Origin: an uncultured delta proteobacterium
GTDB taxonomy: Bacteria > Desulfobacterota > Binatia > UBA9968
Assembly: GCA_963745035.1 (NCBI GenBank)
Contig: CAVUVW010000013.1
Coordinates: 1,248,001-1,312,000, forward strand
Length of the DNA stretch: 64,000 nucleotides
Reading direction: 5' to 3'
The position numbers were made by a program, and so were the translations under genes. Numbering within the stretch: position 1 is the first letter of the stretch; each line of letters opens with the position of its first letter. This document shows, piece by piece, positions 1-9,583 of the stretch. The notes beneath the pieces were generated by a model, which was not told where the DNA came from, ran no database searches, and saw nothing but the letters and a program-made list of their open reading frames with translations.

Positions 1-515
1 ATAGGGCGGCAGCTCCGCTTGCGCCATGCTGATATCTTGCGGCACCTCGATGATCACCGGTCCGGGCCGGCCGGATTTGCGACGGTGAAGGCGCGACGAA
101 AAACTTCCGGAATTCTCTCCGCCGATGGAACGCTGAACGTCCACTTTGCCATGGTTTGAAAAGTGTCGAGGTAAGGAACTTCCTGCAGCATTCCCTTTGC
201 CAGTTGCTTGCGCGAGCTATGGCCGAAAATCACGACCAGTGGCACGCAGTCGGTGAATGCATTCACGATGGCCGTAAAAGCATTGCAGCGCCCCGGCCCT
301 TTTGTCACCATCGCGACACCGACCTCGCCCGTGCTGCGCGCATAACCGTCGGCGATATAAACGGTCGCCTGCTCGTGGCGGGTCAGTATAAGTGGCATCT
401 CTCCGTTTTGATGCAGCGCGTCGAAGATCGGCAGAATGTCGTCTCCCGGGAGCGTCGAAACGAATTTCACTCCCTCGGTCCTGAGAATATCTACGATGGC
501 ATCGGCAACGCGCAT
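1..515 (-). CDS. Thiamine-pyrophosphate-dependent enzyme (acetolactate synthase-like family), N-terminal part; runs off window start
   Basis: Motifs LPG, RHEQ, ADGYARSTG, GPG, DCVP. A 1-nt frameshift near 76 restores the expected continuation SGRPGPVIIEVPQD. Confidence 0.85.
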
Positions 516-526
516 AAGTGGTTTAC

Positions 527-1528
527 CTACTTGGTGGCAAATTTTTTGAAGAAGCCCTCTTCCTCGAGTTTACGCACGAATCGGCCGTCGATAAAGTCAT
601 TGGGGTTCTTGGCTTTCAAAGACGGTTGTTTCTCGGCGAGAAACTCGAGCACGAACTTTATCCCTTCCGGCGACGGCGTGAGATACTGATTCAAAAATTT
701 TCCCGGGCCTTCCTGGGACTGCGCCAGCGCGGGATCGTCCTTGGGCACGCGCATATACTTCGCGACGACGGGCAAGGTCAGATCCGGTCGCGTCTTGTAG
801 AGGTAAATGGCTTCGCTGGTCGCGCGCAAAATATTGAGAACCGTATCGGGATGAGCGTCGATGAACCTGCGCGTGCTGACGATCGAAATGACAGGGAAAG
901 GAAAGTCGAGGCCGGCGAGATCGAAAATCTCGCGATGGCCGGCTTTGGCCGCCGCATGCGACGTCGGCGGAGTCAGCACGCCGGCTTGAAATTTACCCTG
1001 CAACAAACCAGCAAGAACTTCCGGTGATCCGCCGGCGGACAGTACTCCCACGTCGCGGTTGGCGACCCAGCCGAAATGTCTGAGAAACGCCAGCGCAGCG
1101 AAGTAGCTGTTCCCGCCCGCGGCGCCCGCCGCGAGGGTTTTCCCCTTGAGGTCGCTGATCTGCTTGATCTGCGGGCTGGCGTGAATAGCGAAAGTCAGCC
1201 GGGTAAATACCGTGCCCAAGATGGCGATCTCGGCGCCGTTCGCGGCAGCACCAACGGCCGCGGCGCCGCCGACCTGAGAAACATCCACGGACCCGCCAAG
1301 CATCGCTTGTATCGGGCGAGATCCTCCGACGTAGACCAATTCAGAATCGTAGCCGTACTTTTCGAAAAGCTTCAGCTCTTGGGCGATCCAGAACGGCGGG
1401 TTCGCATACGCGAAGGCGCTAAATGCAAGCCTGAGTTTCTTCGGCTGGGCGCCGTGCAGAGGCAACGGCGCTAGAATGCACAGAGCCGCAAAAGTGCCAT
1501 AGATAAACCACGTCACACGCCTTTTCAT
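527..1528 (-). CDS. ABC-type substrate-binding protein, SsuA/THI5/NMT1-like
   Basis: Signal peptide from MKRRVTW; IAQELKLFEKYG, DLKGKTLA and FIDGRFVRKLEEEGF motifs typical of this family. Confidence 0.85.
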   Translation of the reverse strand: MKRRVTWFIYGTFAALCILAPLPLHGAQPKKLRLAFSAFAYANPPFWIAQELKLFEKYGYDSELVYVGGSRPIQAMLGGSVDVSQVGGAAAVGAAANGAEIAILGTVFTRLTFAIHASPQIKQISDLKGKTLAAGAAGGNSYFAALAFLRHFGWVANRDVGVLSAGGSPEVLAGLLQGKFQAGVLTPPTSHAAAKAGHREIFDLAGLDFPFPVISIVSTRRFIDAHPDTVLNILRATSEAIYLYKTRPDLTLPVVAKYMRVPKDDPALAQSQEGPGKFLNQYLTPSPEGIKFVLEFLAEKQPSLKAKNPNDFIDGRFVRKLEEEGFFKKFATK

Positions 1529-1624
1529 CGGAACCACAACTGCAAGGAAATGCCAGACACATATTTCCAAACATTGCCGCAGTCAAGGTTGGATTCCGAC
1601 AAACCAAGCGCCCGAGGAGAATGA

Positions 1625-3467
1625 TCAATCCTCCTCGCGCCATGATCTCAAGACGTGAACGATCTGATCGACGCAGGCTTCCGGTCTTGTGCCCAAGGTT
1701 CGGAGATGTATTTCCGGGGCGAGCGGCGCTTCGTAGTCGCTGTCGATGCCGGTGAAATTTTTCAGCTCGCCGCGCCGGGCTTTCGCGTAAAGACCTTTGA
1801 CATCGCGGCGCTCGCACTCTTCGAGCGGCGTATCGACAAAAACCTCGACGAACTCGCCGCCGTCAAACAGACCCCGCGCCAGCTCGCGCTCGGCTCGATA
1901 GGGCGAGATGAAGGCGACGATGACGATCAATCCGGCATCGACGAGAAGCTTCGCGACCTCGCCGACCCGGCGGATGTTTTCCACCCGGTCCTCTTCGGTA
2001 AATCCCAAATCCCGGTTGAGCCCATGGCGGACGTTATCGCCGTCGAGAATGTAGGTGTGTTTGCCGGCGGCGTGCAGGCGCTTTTCCAGGAGATTGGCGA
2101 TGGTCGATTTTCCCGAGCCTGAAAGTCCAGTGAACCACAGGCAGCGGGCTCGCTGGTACTTCATCTCGGCGCGGGCGATTTTAGTCACTTCCAGCGCTTG
2201 CCAATGGACATTGATCGCCCGACGCAACGCGAAATGGATCATGCCCGCGCCCACTGTTTCGTTGGTGAGCTTGTCGATGATGATGAATGCGCCCAGCCGT
2301 TTATTCTCGCGGTACGGCGCGTAGGGAACGAAGCGATCGAAACTTACGTTGACCGTCGCGATCTCATTCAAAGTCAGCGTCTTGGCCGCCAGATGGGCGC
2401 CGGTGTTGATGTCGAGATGATGTTTGATGTGAGTGATGCTTACGCTAGCCGACTTGCTATGGATCAGCGCGGCGTAAGGGCGGCCGGGCAGCATCGGGTG
2501 ATCGCTCATCCAGAGAACATCGGCCTCGAACTGGTCGGCCGACTCCACCGGGTGAGATGCGGCCGCGATCACATCGCCGCGGCTCGCGTCGACTTCGTCT
2601 TCCAAAACCAATGTCACTGAGTCTCCCGCCGTCGCCGCCGCTTTTTCGCCGCCCCAGACCGCGATTCGTTTGACGCGGCTGGAGACGCCGGATGGGCTGA
2701 TTCGCACGCTGTCACCGGCCCTCACCGAACCACTGGCGATCCGGCCGGAAAAACCGCGGAAGTCGAGATTCGGCCGATTCACCCACTGCACCGGCATGGC
2801 GAACGGCTGCTGAACACCGACCGTCTTCCGTTTTCACGTCTTCGAGCCACTGGAGTAGGCTCGGGCCGCCGTACCACGGCATAGCCGTCCGTCCCGCTTC
2901 GACGACGTTGTGCCCCTCTAACGCCGACAAGGGTATAGCGGTGATCGTCTCGAAACCTAGATCTTGGGCGAAGCGGCGAAAGACAAGTTCGATTTCATCG
3001 AAGGTCTGCTGCGACCAGTCGACGAGGTCCATCTTGTTGATCGCCAGCGCCACTTGGCGGATTCCGAGCATCGAGACGATGCGGGAGTGACGCTTGGTCT
3101 GCGTCAAAATTCCCTTGCGCGCGTCGACCAGCAACACAGCGGCCTGCGCGGTCGAAGCGCCGGTCGCCATGTTGCGCGTGTACTGTTCATGACCCGGCGT
3201 ATCGGCAACGATGAAGCGGCGGTGCGTCGTGGAGAAGAACCGATAGGCGACGTCGATGGTGATCTTTTGCTCGCGTTCTGCCTGCAGGCCGTCGACCAGC
3301 AGGGCAAAATCCAAGCGCTCGCCCTGAGTGCCGAATTTCTTCGAGTCCGCCTTGAGCGCCTCCAGTTGGTCTTCGAAAATCAGCTTGGTCTCGTAGAGCA
3401 GCCGGCCGATCAAGGTCGATTTGCCGTCATCCACGCTGCCGCAGGTAATGAACCGCAGGGTATCCAT
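1625..3467 (-). CDS. cysNC: Bifunctional sulfate adenylyltransferase subunit 1 / APS kinase (CysNC), split by one frameshift near 2810
   Basis: N-terminal GTPase motifs [21 protein letters not shown] (ORF 2712-3467). C-terminal kinase motifs [25 protein letters not shown] (ORF 1625-2797). Confidence 0.93.
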
Positions 3468-4366
3468 CAGAAATACCCTTCCTGCTTCTTGCGCTCCATG
3501 GAGCCGGCGCCGTCGTGATCGATGATGCGCCCCTGGCGCTCGGAGGTTGTCGCTCCCAAAGTTTCCGCCACGATCTCGTCCAAGGTGGCTGCGCTACTCT
3601 CGATGCCTGCGCTCAGAGGATAACAACCGAGTGTGCGAAACCGCACCATGCGTATTTCCGGAGTTTCGCCCGGTTCGAGCGGCAGCCGCTCGTCGTCGAC
3701 GAGAATCCACTGGCCGAAGCGCTTCACGACCGGCCGTTCCTTGGCGAAGTAGAGCGGCACGATGGGTATATTTTCCAGGCGAATGTATTGCCAAACGTCG
3801 GCTTCGGTCCAATTGGAAAGCGGGAAAACCCGGATGGTTTCGCCGGCATTGATCCTGGTGTTGTAAAGAGTCCACAGCTCGGGGCGCTGCGCCTTGGGCT
3901 CCCAACGGTGACCGGGCGCGCGAAACGAAAAAATGCGCTCTTTGGCGCGGGATTTCTCCTCGTCGCGGCGGGCGCCGCCGAACGCCACGTCGAAGCCGTG
4001 CAGGTCGAGCGCTTGCTTGAGCGCCTCGGTTTTCATGACGTCGGTGTGGTACGCCGACCCGTGGGTGATCGGGTTGACGCCCTCTGCAGCGCCGCGCGGA
4101 TTGGTGTAGGTGATCAGCTTAAAACCGACTTCTTTGGCGGTGCGATCGCGAAACGTGATCATCTCGCGAAATTTCCAGCCGGTATCGATATGCATCAAGG
4201 GGAATGGAATGGGTCCGGGATAAAAGGCCTTCTGCGCCAGGCGCAGCATGACCGACGAATCTTTGCCGATCGAATACAGCATGACCGGCTTGGCGGCCGT
4301 CGCCGCGACTTCACGGAAGATCTCAATCGACTCGGACTCGAGCTCTGAAAAAGTACCGTCAATCAT
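3467..4366 (-). CDS. cysD: Sulfate adenylyltransferase subunit 2
   Basis: [32 protein letters not shown] and C-terminal [10 protein letters not shown]; stop overlaps the cysN start. Confidence 0.96.
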   Translation of the reverse strand: MIDGTFSELESESIEIFREVAATAAKPVMLYSIGKDSSVMLRLAQKAFYPGPIPFPLMHIDTGWKFREMITFRDRTAKEVGFKLITYTNPRGAAEGVNPITHGSAYHTDVMKTEALKQALDLHGFDVAFGGARRDEEKSRAKERIFSFRAPGHRWEPKAQRPELWTLYNTRINAGETIRVFPLSNWTEADVWQYIRLENIPIVPLYFAKERPVVKRFGQWILVDDERLPLEPGETPEIRMVRFRTLGCYPLSAGIESSAATLDEIVAETLGATTSERQGRIIDHDGAGSMERKKQEGYF

Positions 4367-4487
4367 CGTGCGAAATTCAATTTCTCATGCCAACTTCGAC
4401 CCTGTCCGTGGGCGTCCGCGACGCCGGCGCAACCGCGCTTCCCACGTTTTTACTAAACCTGGCGTCAATTTCCCACTGCGGAATTAC

Positions 4488-5345
4488 TCACGGCTTGGCA
4501 GCGCGCTTTGCGCTCAAGATATGCGATGCGGAAGCGGCAACTTCGGCAATCAGGGACCCCATCTTGGCATGCTCCGGTTCTATATCTGGCTTGAGACCGA
4601 ATTCTTGCAAGACCTGCGTGCAAATCGGACCGACCGAGCCGATAGCCAGATTCTTGCAGGCAAGACGAAGCCTTTCGTCGGCTTTGTCGTAAGCTGCCAA
4701 CTTGAATAAATGCTCGACTTGAGCGCCATTGGTGAAAAGCACCACTTGGACGTCGCCGAGCAAGATAGTTTCAATCGCGCCACGTAACGGCGCAAGATCC
4801 TCCGGCAAGGCCCAACGGTAAACGGCGATTGTCTTCACCGTCGCCCCTCGTTGCTCCAAGCCGGAAACAAGTTCCTGATTCGGGATGCCGTATTCCTGAA
4901 CAGCGATGTGCTTGCCATCGATCGACGCGGCCGCATCGAGGGCGGCGAGCACTTCGCGCCAGGTATTGGGCTCGAGCACCGTGATTGCCGGCTCCAAACC
5001 CAATTCTCTAAGCGCCGCAACGGGCTTTGGTCCGCGTGCGACAAGCCGCGGTTTTCGTAGCGCGGCGAGGATTCTTTCCTTGGGATATTGGGTGAGCAGT
5101 GCCTGATGGAGTGTCCGCGTGCCGACGCCCGTCATCAAGATGAGAATGTCAAAATTACCGGCTTCGATCTCCGGCAGGAATTCGATCGCGGCGCGATTCT
5201 CGGTGAGCGGCACTTCGCGCATCGATGGCGCGACGATCGGCTCGCCGCCATAACGACGGATCAGCTCCGCCATTTCTTTGGCGCGCCGGCTCTCAAAGGA
5301 GACGACTTTAAGTCCGTGCAGGTTCTCGCGAGTGTCGGCTGTCAT
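4488..5345 (-). CDS. hemD: Uroporphyrinogen-III synthase
   Basis: ESRRAKEM...GGEPIVAP, TGVG, ARGPKP, VYRW, VGPIC motifs; siroheme operon context. Confidence 0.85.
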   Translation of the reverse strand: MTADTRENLHGLKVVSFESRRAKEMAELIRRYGGEPIVAPSMREVPLTENRAAIEFLPEIEAGNFDILILMTGVGTRTLHQALLTQYPKERILAALRKPRLVARGPKPVAALRELGLEPAITVLEPNTWREVLAALDAAASIDGKHIAVQEYGIPNQELVSGLEQRGATVKTIAVYRWALPEDLAPLRGAIETILLGDVQVVLFTNGAQVEHLFKLAAYDKADERLRLACKNLAIGSVGPICTQVLQEFGLKPDIEPEHAKMGSLIAEVAASASHILSAKRAAKP

Positions 5346-6105
5346 AACGCGGCTGGTGCTCGGCTTCCGGGACGAACCACTCTAGCTTATCCGATAATGA
5401 AACGACATCGCCGACGACAATGACCGCGGGTGGATCGATCAGGGCGCTCTTCTCGACGATGTCCGACAACGTTCCCACCACAGCTTGCTGTTCGCTCGTG
5501 GTTCCCGATCGAATCACGCTCACGGGAGTCTGCGCCGACCGGCCGTGCTCGATCAGCTTTCTGACGATAAGGGGGAGATTCGTGAGACCCATGAGGATAA
5601 CCAAGGTATCCACAGCGGTTGCGAGCTTGGCCCAGTCCACCGTCGAATTCGGCTTACGCGCTTCATGGCCGGTAACTACGGCGAAGGACGACGCGAATTT
5701 CCGGTGAGTGAGTGGAATACCGGCATACGCCGGCACGGCAACGGCCGAGCTTACGCCCGGGACGATTTCAAAGGGAATAGCAGCGTCAGCCAGCGCTTCG
5801 GCTTCTTCGCCACCGCGGCCGAACACGAAGGGATCGCCCCCTTTCAATCGAACGACGTCGTGACCCGCGCGGGCGTGCGCGATGAGAACGCCGTTGATTT
5901 CCTCCTGAGCGATGCAGTGCCGGCCGGCCCGCTTACCGACAAAGATCCTGATCGTTTGCGGTGCCGCCTCTTCCAAGAGCGCCGCATTGACCAATTGGTC
6001 GTACACGATCACCTGGGCATGCCGCAGCAGATCCAGACCACGAACTGTCAGCAATCCAGGATCGCCCGGGCCGGCGCCGACGAGATAAACTTTTCCGGTC
6101 GTCAT
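5308..6105 (-). CDS. cobA: Uroporphyrinogen-III C-methyltransferase
   Basis: VYLVGAGPGDPGLLT, RLKGGDPFVFGRGGEE, VPGVSS, GIPLTHR. The start MTTGK overlaps the upstream stop (ATGA). Confidence 0.93.
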   Translation of the reverse strand: MTTGKVYLVGAGPGDPGLLTVRGLDLLRHAQVIVYDQLVNAALLEEAAPQTIRIFVGKRAGRHCIAQEEINGVLIAHARAGHDVVRLKGGDPFVFGRGGEEAEALADAAIPFEIVPGVSSAVAVPAYAGIPLTHRKFASSFAVVTGHEARKPNSTVDWAKLATAVDTLVILMGLTNLPLIVRKLIEHGRSAQTPVSVIRSGTTSEQQAVVGTLSDIVEKSALIDPPAVIVVGDVVSLSDKLEWFVPEAEHQPRYDSRHSREPART

Positions 6106-6732
6106 ATGGCCACTCCGAGCTCTTTGAATAACTGGCTTTTCGCTCGCGCCACGTCGCCGCGCATCAGGAATTGCCGCACATCGCCGCTGAGCGCTTTCCG
6201 CCAAGTCTCGAAGGACACGTCGAGCGACCGTCGGTGCACCTCGACCCTTGCCTCGGCGGCAAGCTTCGCCAACTGCTCGTACTCCTGGCTAAGATGAATC
6301 TCGAGTTCCTCGCGGATCGTCCGGGCCAGCGCAGGACTGCCGCCTCCGCTCGACACTGCTACGGTCAGCTCGCCGCGGCGCAATACCGAGGGAAGAATGA
6401 AATCGCAATGCGCCGGATCGTCGGCCGCATTGACCCACACGCCGCGCTCCCGGCCCTCGTTGTGCACGTCGGCGGCTACTTGTTCATCGGCAGCGGCCAC
6501 AAAGGCGATTTCATATCCCGCCAAATCGCCGGGCCGATAGCGCCGGGCGATCACTTGGATTGTTCCTTCCTTCGACCAACGCGCGATTCTTTCGGTAATA
6601 TCGGGGCTGATGACCATCACTTGCGCGCCGGCATCGAGCAGGCTTGCAATTTTCCGCTCCGCCACCATGCCGACCGCCGATAACTAGGGCGCGCCGTCCG
6701 CTCATTTCCAGAAATACGGGAAAGTAACTCAT
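6102..6732 (-). CDS. Precorrin-2 dehydrogenase / sirohydrochlorin ferrochelatase (CysG N-terminal, SirC/Met8-like); frameshift near 6672
   Basis: MSYFPVFLEMSGRRALVIGG joins VAERKIASLL; motifs VNAADDP, CDFILP, VSSGGGSPALA. Confidence 0.88.
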
Positions 6733-6806
6733 GACTGTCTCCGGGAGATTTTCTTTCTGCACTCTACTACACCGCCCAACGGAGACAACCGACTCTCTCA
6801 CCAGAC

Positions 6807-7046
6807 TTAGGCCTGGCTCAGTTCACTCTGATAGACAAACTCTTCGAGTTCTTCGACGATCGTGGTGTACGGCAAGTCGGCGTGCAGATCGAACAAGGAG
6901 TCTAGACGGAATTGCGTTTGTGGCGTTCTCTGACTCGCGTTGGCAGGCGTAGCCGTTGGGCTCCCTTGTACTGAAGGAGGATCGTCGGATAGGCCGTATC
7001 CCCTACCGTCGATCATCGGCTCATGTTTTAACCAGCGAGGTTGCAT
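6807..7046 (-). CDS. Small hypothetical protein (79 aa) inside the sulfate assimilation operon
   Basis: ATG 14 nt after the cysH stop, preceded by AGGAGAG; fills an otherwise empty intra-operon gap; acidic C-terminus. Confidence 0.45.
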   Translation of the reverse strand: MQPRWLKHEPMIDGRGYGLSDDPPSVQGSPTATPANASQRTPQTQFRLDSLFDLHADLPYTTIVEELEEFVYQSELSQA

Positions 7047-7060
7047 CTAACTCTCCTAAG

Positions 7061-7777
7061 CTAGGCGCTCTTCACGTGCAATCCGCACTCGCGGGTTTCG
7101 GGATTTTCCCACCACCACCTGCCGGCGCGGTTGTCCTCGATCGCTTGGACGGCCCGCGTGCACGGCGCGCAGCCGATGCTCGGATAGCCGCGATCGTGCA
7201 GGCGATTATAAGGCAGTTTGTTTTGACGGATGTAGTCCCAGATCTGCCGCCCGGTCCAGTCCGCCAGTGGGTTGATCTTCACAATACCGCCGTGCTCGGC
7301 GTCAACCTCGACTTTTTGTACTTCCGCGCGAGTGACGGCCTGTTCCCGGCGCAGTCCGGTTATCCAGCAATTCAAACCGCTGAGCGCTCGTTTGAGCGGT
7401 TCGACTTTCCGGAAGCCGCAGCATAATTTCCGCTTCTCGATGGAATCGTAAAATAGGTTCATCCCATGTTGCCGGACCATATCTTCAACTTGCGCCGCAT
7501 CGGGAAAGAAAACCTCGACCTCGATTCCATAGCGAGCGCGAATCGCTTCCATGCAGTCATAGGTTTCTTGGTTGAGCCGTCCGGTATCCAGAGTGAATAA
7601 CCGGAAATCATTGCCGCGCAGGCGATGAATAAGATCGATCAACACCGATCCTTCGGCTTGAAAAGACAAGCCAACGCGAGCTCGCGGATGAAACTTCGCG
7701 AAGCTCCACGACAAAAGATCCGTCGTGGAATAATCGCTCGCCGCTTCCAACTCCTTCGGCAATTTGATCTGTCTCAC
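7061..7777 (-). CDS. cysH: APS/PAPS reductase, Fe-S (APS reductase) type
   Basis: LDTGRL, CC pair (LCCGFRKVEPL), TGLRREQ, SIGCAPCT and terminal ECGLH. Confidence 0.93.
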   Translation of the reverse strand: MRQIKLPKELEAASDYSTTDLLSWSFAKFHPRARVGLSFQAEGSVLIDLIHRLRGNDFRLFTLDTGRLNQETYDCMEAIRARYGIEVEVFFPDAAQVEDMVRQHGMNLFYDSIEKRKLCCGFRKVEPLKRALSGLNCWITGLRREQAVTRAEVQKVEVDAEHGGIVKINPLADWTGRQIWDYIRQNKLPYNRLHDRGYPSIGCAPCTRAVQAIEDNRAGRWWWENPETRECGLHVKSA

Positions 7778-7810
7778 GCGCGGCCTCTTTAGCGCACCAC
7801 CTGCGTATTC

Positions 7811-7828
7811 TTGATGTAGTTAGTCAGA
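7811..7828. promoter_or_regulatory. Candidate Rrf2-family operator upstream of cysH (TTGATGTAGTTAGTCAGA)
   Basis: 16/18 identical to the site at 11912-11929; imperfect TGA...TCA dyad. Confidence 0.6.
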
Positions 7829-8030
7829 TAACTCAGGAAATTGCAACAAATCTGATCAAGAAACTTATGAAACTCTCCGCAGACGTTTTGCGGGATCGGC
7901 TTAAGAGACGTAAGCGGTTGAATTAGTGGGGTTATTCCGACCGATCACTAGGAAAGAGATTCATGAGCGATGACCAGTGCATTGCTGTCAGCTCCGGACC
8001 GGCCGCGCCGCACACAGTGCCTCTGCCCGC

Positions 8031-8844
8031 TCAAGAATTGAAAAAGGCAAAGGCCCGCATTTCGATGCTTTGGCGCGGCGGCGCGCCTGCAGGGGTTGCC
8101 GGATCATGGAAGGAGGTGTGCGCAGTGAAGCGCGCTCGACCGTCTTTCTCGGAATCGATACACTTTGAAAACGATCGCCTCGTCCGGACGCATCGCAGGA
8201 AAATAGATCCAACGATGGCTGGGATTGTATTTGAGCCTGTAGGTCTGGCCGACCCTATGTGGATAACGCCGCTCCGCCACCATCAAATCGTCCAACGCAA
8301 CACTTTGGGCATCGGCGAGAGCAAGTGGATTGGCTTGTATCGGCCGATGAATCGCGCGCCAAACTTGAATGATCGCAAAGCGCCGCTTGAGCAGTTCATC
8401 GGCTTCGTCGGGAAGAATCTCGCGCAGTCGGTTCGGTCCGGACCATTCGGTATAATCGTTGTGCGCTTGCAGAACCGGATTGCGGACAAGCTTTTCTTCT
8501 CGCTCCGTCTCATCGCCCGAGCGCAGTGCATGATCGAAGATCACCACCCGCGACGCTCCCGACTCGCGCCGGATCAATTCGACGATTTCCGGGTAGTAGA
8601 TCGACTTGACCTGGTTCTCGTCAAAGAAATCCTTCACCTTCGTTTTGTGTTCCACAAAAACGAGCCCCTCATTGTCCAACGAAAGCGTATCGGCAAGAAT
8701 TCGTCCGTTTCGCACGGTCATGGGTTTCAGCTCGACCGTGCCGGTGCGGCGCCCGTGGATATTTTTCGGACCGAACGACTCATTGATCAATGTCTCGCCG
8801 TTATCGATCGTGTAGGGGATTTCAGCAGTGATCGCATCGGCCAT
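8031..8844 (-). CDS. CmcJ/NvfI (AsaB-like) family non-heme iron oxidoreductase; frameshift near 8158
   Basis: FDHALRS, AHNDYT, IQVWR, NPLALADA motifs. The shifted frame continues DSEKDGRARFTAHTSF...PRQSIEMRAFAFFNS*. Confidence 0.75.
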
Positions 8845-8987
8845 TGTCTAGGCTCCTTTCCTTAAACAGCATCCTACGACTCGAGCCGCCGTTCAAGCCG
8901 CTCAACAAAGTGCGCCCGCGGAACCTATTTCTCCAACGCAGCCCCGACGCGAGCCACAAGATAGGCCGATCCAACTAAGCAAGCTGC

Positions 8988-9563
8988 CTAATTCCCGCGC
9001 AAAGATTCCAACGCTTGGCGGAGATCGACGGCAGCTGCTGTTTTGACCCTGACGTTCAGGCGCTGGCGCGCATCTTCATCCCGCTCGATATCAACCGAAG
9101 AAGTCCCGAACAGCTCCTGCGCGATAGTCGTCACATCGCCTTTGATTTCGTTAAACGATTGCTCTGAATTGGCGACCATCAGACGGTCATTCAACGAAAT
9201 CACCGCTTCGTTTGCGGCAAAGCGCACTTTGCCCCGCAGCGCTGGCTCTTCTTCGAGCTTGCGGCAATTTTCCAGCGCGGATCGCAGGACGGCGCGAATT
9301 TTCTCCCGGTTGGAACCGCTCAGCGGCGCTTTCTGACAAAAGAGCAAGCCGCGCCGGTTCTGTGTCTCGTCAATGCTCACGTTGGCGTCGTTGGCGACGA
9401 GAACGATGCCTGGCCCCGCCTGCATGTGGCTGTAGTCGGCGACGTCGTGATACTCGCCGTCCGTCGCCTGGATCCAGCCGTGGAAAACGTCGATGAAGTC
9501 GGTCAGCGGAATCGGATTCGGCTGCTCGACGAAAACTTTGACGTTGAGTTTTTGCAGGTCCAT
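8988..9563 (-). CDS. Hypothetical protein immediately downstream of the sulfite reductase
   Basis: 191-aa ORF with normal composition, 20 nt after the reductase stop; motifs VFHGWIQ and DVADYSH...GPGIVLV. Confidence 0.75.
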   Translation of the reverse strand: MDLQKLNVKVFVEQPNPIPLTDFIDVFHGWIQATDGEYHDVADYSHMQAGPGIVLVANDANVSIDETQNRRGLLFCQKAPLSGSNREKIRAVLRSALENCRKLEEEPALRGKVRFAANEAVISLNDRLMVANSEQSFNEIKGDVTTIAQELFGTSSVDIERDEDARQRLNVRVKTAAAVDLRQALESLRGN

Positions 9564-9583
9564 TTTAGTTTAGCACCTTACCG

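Noticed and set aside
1-515. TPP enzyme as sulfoacetaldehyde acetyltransferase (Xsc), given the sulfur context
   Set aside because: Only the N-terminus is visible and its TKGPG motif does not specifically support Xsc.
1625-3467. Programmed frameshifting in cysNC and other split genes
   Set aside because: No consistent slippery site is visible, and similar single-base breaks occur in many unrelated genes, which points to sequencing indels.
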